The translations under genes were made by a program, and so were the position numbers. From NCBI RefSeq assembly GCF_001194135.2, contig NC_068990.1, positions 84,059,255 to 84,096,586 of the forward strand: a stretch of 37,332 bases of DNA. Direction: 5' to 3'. The notes beneath the pieces were generated by a model. The model had not been told where the DNA came from, searched no databases, and saw only the letters and a program-made list of their open reading frames with translations. The stretch is from Octopus bimaculoides. Lineage: Eukaryota. Below are positions 34,381 through 37,332 of the stretch, piece after piece (the first letter of the stretch is position 1; every line of letters starts with the position of its first letter).

Positions 34381-34485
34381 ATCATTTTGTTTTATCAGAT
34401 TCGAATGTGAATATGCTATGAATGTTTATTTTTATCAGAGCAGAACTACTTCTTTCAGAAGAATCAGGGTTCTTAATATACTTGA

Positions 34486-34702
34486 AGGCGGTGAGCTGGC
34501 AGAAACGTTAGCACACCAGACGAAATGCTTAGTGGTAATTCATCTGTCTTTACATCCGGAGTTCAAATTCCGCCAAAGTCAACTTTACCATTCATCCTTT
34601 TGGGGGTCAATAAATTAAGTACCAGATGCATACTGGGGTCAATCTAATCAATTGGCCCCCTCCCCCAAAATTTAGGGGCTTGTGCTTAGAGTAGAAAAGA
34701 AT
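34486..34702 (+). mobile_element. SINE family A (tail type 2)
   Basis: AAGGCGGTGAGCTGGCAGAAACGTTAGC head, core, and tail CCCCTCCCCCAAAATTT..GTGCTTAGAGTAGAAAAGAAT. Confidence 0.87.
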
Positions 34703-35316
34703 ATACTTGATCCTGAGACAGCAGCTATCTCAGAATCATTTGTACAAATGAATCGAGTGTACTATGAACACATTCTTTATAAGGGAGTTGTTGTTCTGTG
34801 AGAAAACACAACAGTGATTAGTATATTCACATTTGAATCTACTGGAATGTATTAAGAATACGCATGCAAGTTATCATTTTGATGTTTGCTGTTCATTGTG
34901 CAGCATATGACAGTTTATAAATAAATTTTATATAATTGCACTAAAATTTATGAAACCCGATTTCAGACATGTTCTCTTTCAAGGTTATGCCCTCAAAATT
35001 GTTTTTATTGCAAGTTTAGAAATGCATTCTTATAACATTAACTATGAGAATAATTTAGAAGAGAATGGATATAGCACACACAATTACTATGAGCTTGATA
35101 TGATTAATAGCCTGACGAATATAAAGCAAATAGCAGTTAAACCCATTGTGAGAACCAAGCAGGTTATTTAGTTATGGCAGGAGAGACAACTTCCGGAATT
35201 AGTTTGCTAATATGGTGACAATTCTGGATACCAACCTGCTTGAGACAGTGCCTGGTTCAATGAACAAACCTCATATTTTCAAGTGATCTAAATTAAAACC
35301 TGCCATCAAAATTTGA

Positions 35317-35520
35317 TACTCTTTTACTTGTTTCAGTCATTTGACTGCGGCCATGCTGGAGCACCGCCTTTAGTCGAGCAAATCGACCCCAGAACTTATT
35401 CTTTGGAAGCCTAGTACTTATTCTATCGGTCTCTTGCCGAACTGCTAAGTTACGGGGACGTAAGCACACCACCATCAGTTGTCAAGCGATGGTGGGGGGA
35501 CAAACACAGATACACAAACA
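35317..35520 (-). mobile_element. SINE module C (reverse); its internal microsatellite runs into the N gap
   Basis: Reverse complement of module C at 2020-2210. Confidence 0.87.
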
Positions 35521-37332
35521 CATATATATATATATATATATANNNNNNNNNNNNNNNNNNNNNNNNNNNNNNNNNNNNNNNNNNNNNNNNNNNNNNNNNN
35601 NNNNNNNNNNNNNNNNNNNNNNNNNNNNNNNNNNNNNNNNNNNNNNNNNNNNNNNNNNNNNNNNNNNNNNNNNNNNNNNNNNNNNNNNNNNNNNNNNNNN
35701 NNNNNNNNNNNNNNNNNNNNNNNNNNNNNNNNNNNNNNNNNNNNNNNNNNNNNNNNNNNNNNNNNNNNNNNNNNNNNNNNNNNNNNNNNNNNNNNNNNNN
35801 NNNNNNNNNNNNNNNNNNNNNNNNNNNNNNNNNNNNNNNNNNNNNNNNNNNNNNNNNNNNNNNNNNNNNNNNNNNNNNNNNNNNNNNNNNNNNNNNNNNN
35901 NNNNNNNNNNNNNNNNNNNNNNNNNNNNNNNNNNNNNNNNNNNNNNNNNNNNNNNNNNNNNNNNNNNNNNNNNNNNNNNNNNNNNNNNNNNNNNNNNNNN
36001 NNNNNNNNNNNNNNNNNNNNNNNNNNNNNNNNNNNNNNNNNNNNNNNNNNNNNNNNNNNNNNNNNNNNNNNNNNNNNNNNNNNNNNNNNNNNNNNNNNNN
36101 NNNNNNNNNNNNNNNNNNNNNNNNNNNNNNNNNNNNNNNNNNNNNNNNNNNNNNNNNNNNNNNNNNNNNNNNNNNNNNNNNNNNNNAAAATATATTAAAA
36201 AAAAAAAATCAGTTTTATTTATATATTTATTTATTTATTTTTATCTTTCCGCAGCAAAATTTGTTTTAAGAACAATAAAAACCATACTGAATTTTTTTTT
36301 TTTCCATTATCATGTACATTATGAGTCTCTTGACCATTATTTTTGTTAAAATATCTACATGTTTAATAAATAGCAAAGCTATTTGAAAAGACAATAAAAA
36401 TGCACACCAAGTACCATTATTACACATTGGTTTCTAGACTATAAACCTAAATCGTCTTTTTTTTTTTCTTCTTCAAAACTGTGACAATAGAAACATGATT
36501 TAAGATTGAGTATCACCAGGAATTAGAGAAACAAACAATGTTAGTATATTTATATCAGTGTTTTCCAACCCTTTTTCTTGTTGTTGTTGTTTCGTTTTGT
36601 TTGTTTTGTTTTTTTTGTTTTAATTTTATTTTGAATTTTTTTTTCCCCTCAATGATGGCACTGACAAATCATCTCAGAAATGTAGAAACACCTAAGATAT
36701 AACCAAGATGCAGGTGCAATACAACTGAACTGACCACATAGTCATGAGTCCAAACTTCCCCACCATTCTTTGCAACGGTGACCCTAGGCATGGGCACACT
36801 TAACTTTGCTTACATCAGTCTACCTAATTGACAACGAATTCCACTTCATCTTCTGGTGAGCAGAAGGAAGGGCTGTATAAAATTGTAAAGTATTTTAAGA
36901 GAGCTTGGTGACAAACTACTTGAGTTTCATGTTCAGAGAAAGATATTTGACTAAGCTTAGCTCAAGCTGTTGCCAGGAGAAAGTAGCAAAAGATTCAGTT
37001 TACTCTGAACATGAAACTTATGTTTGTTTGTCACCAAACTCTTAAGATACTGCATGTAAAATATAACTCTCAAATGCACTGAATACCTTAATTTGCTGAA
37101 CCTGTCAGTAAATGAGATGTATGCGTGTGTACACCTGAGTGTGCATGTGTGTGCACACATGCACACACACACACACATGCACGCACGTGCACAGTTATGT
37201 CCATCCAGTTGACTGATAATTTCACCAAATACGCAGACATCTTAATTTGTAAATTTAGAGCAAGAAAAAAAATTTAGGTATTTTTAAAATTAATTTGTTT
37301 ACTTCTTGATCAGCTCTACTGGGGGGGGGGGA

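Noticed and set aside
381-36349. Many long ORFs in the track (HTHT/CVCV/YVCM/IHTY repeats, runs of X)
   Set aside because: They are translations of microsatellites or read-through across N gaps, with no coding signal.

Overview
Eukaryotic, AT-rich, repeat-saturated non-genic DNA (intergenic or intronic) from a gapped draft assembly, with about 4 kb of Ns in 9 gaps that mostly abut microsatellites. The SINE families and the (CATA)n/(TG)n/(GATA)n load look like an Octopus genome; this is inferred from pattern recall, not from a database search. I found no credible host-gene exon, rRNA, tRNA gene or CRISPR. Nearly every listed ORF is a microsatellite or N-gap artefact, or a decayed transposon. 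Recognisable content includes Tc1, mariner, Tc2-like and Merlin DNA-transposon remnants, and two Penelope-like element (PLE) loci. One PLE locus has a decayed hammerhead ribozyme. The other has divergent inverted pseudo-LTRs and an RT split by an unidentified 1.17-kb insert flanked by a 58-bp duplication. There are also CR1-type LINE 3' ends, many tRNA-derived SINEs and a possible L1/Tx1 ORF1. The most interesting signals are restriction-like-endonuclease (RLE) LINE fragments sitting inside microsatellites: one R4/Dong-like in (TAA)n and two copies of another family in (CATA)n. All element identifications come from manual translation and motif recall.
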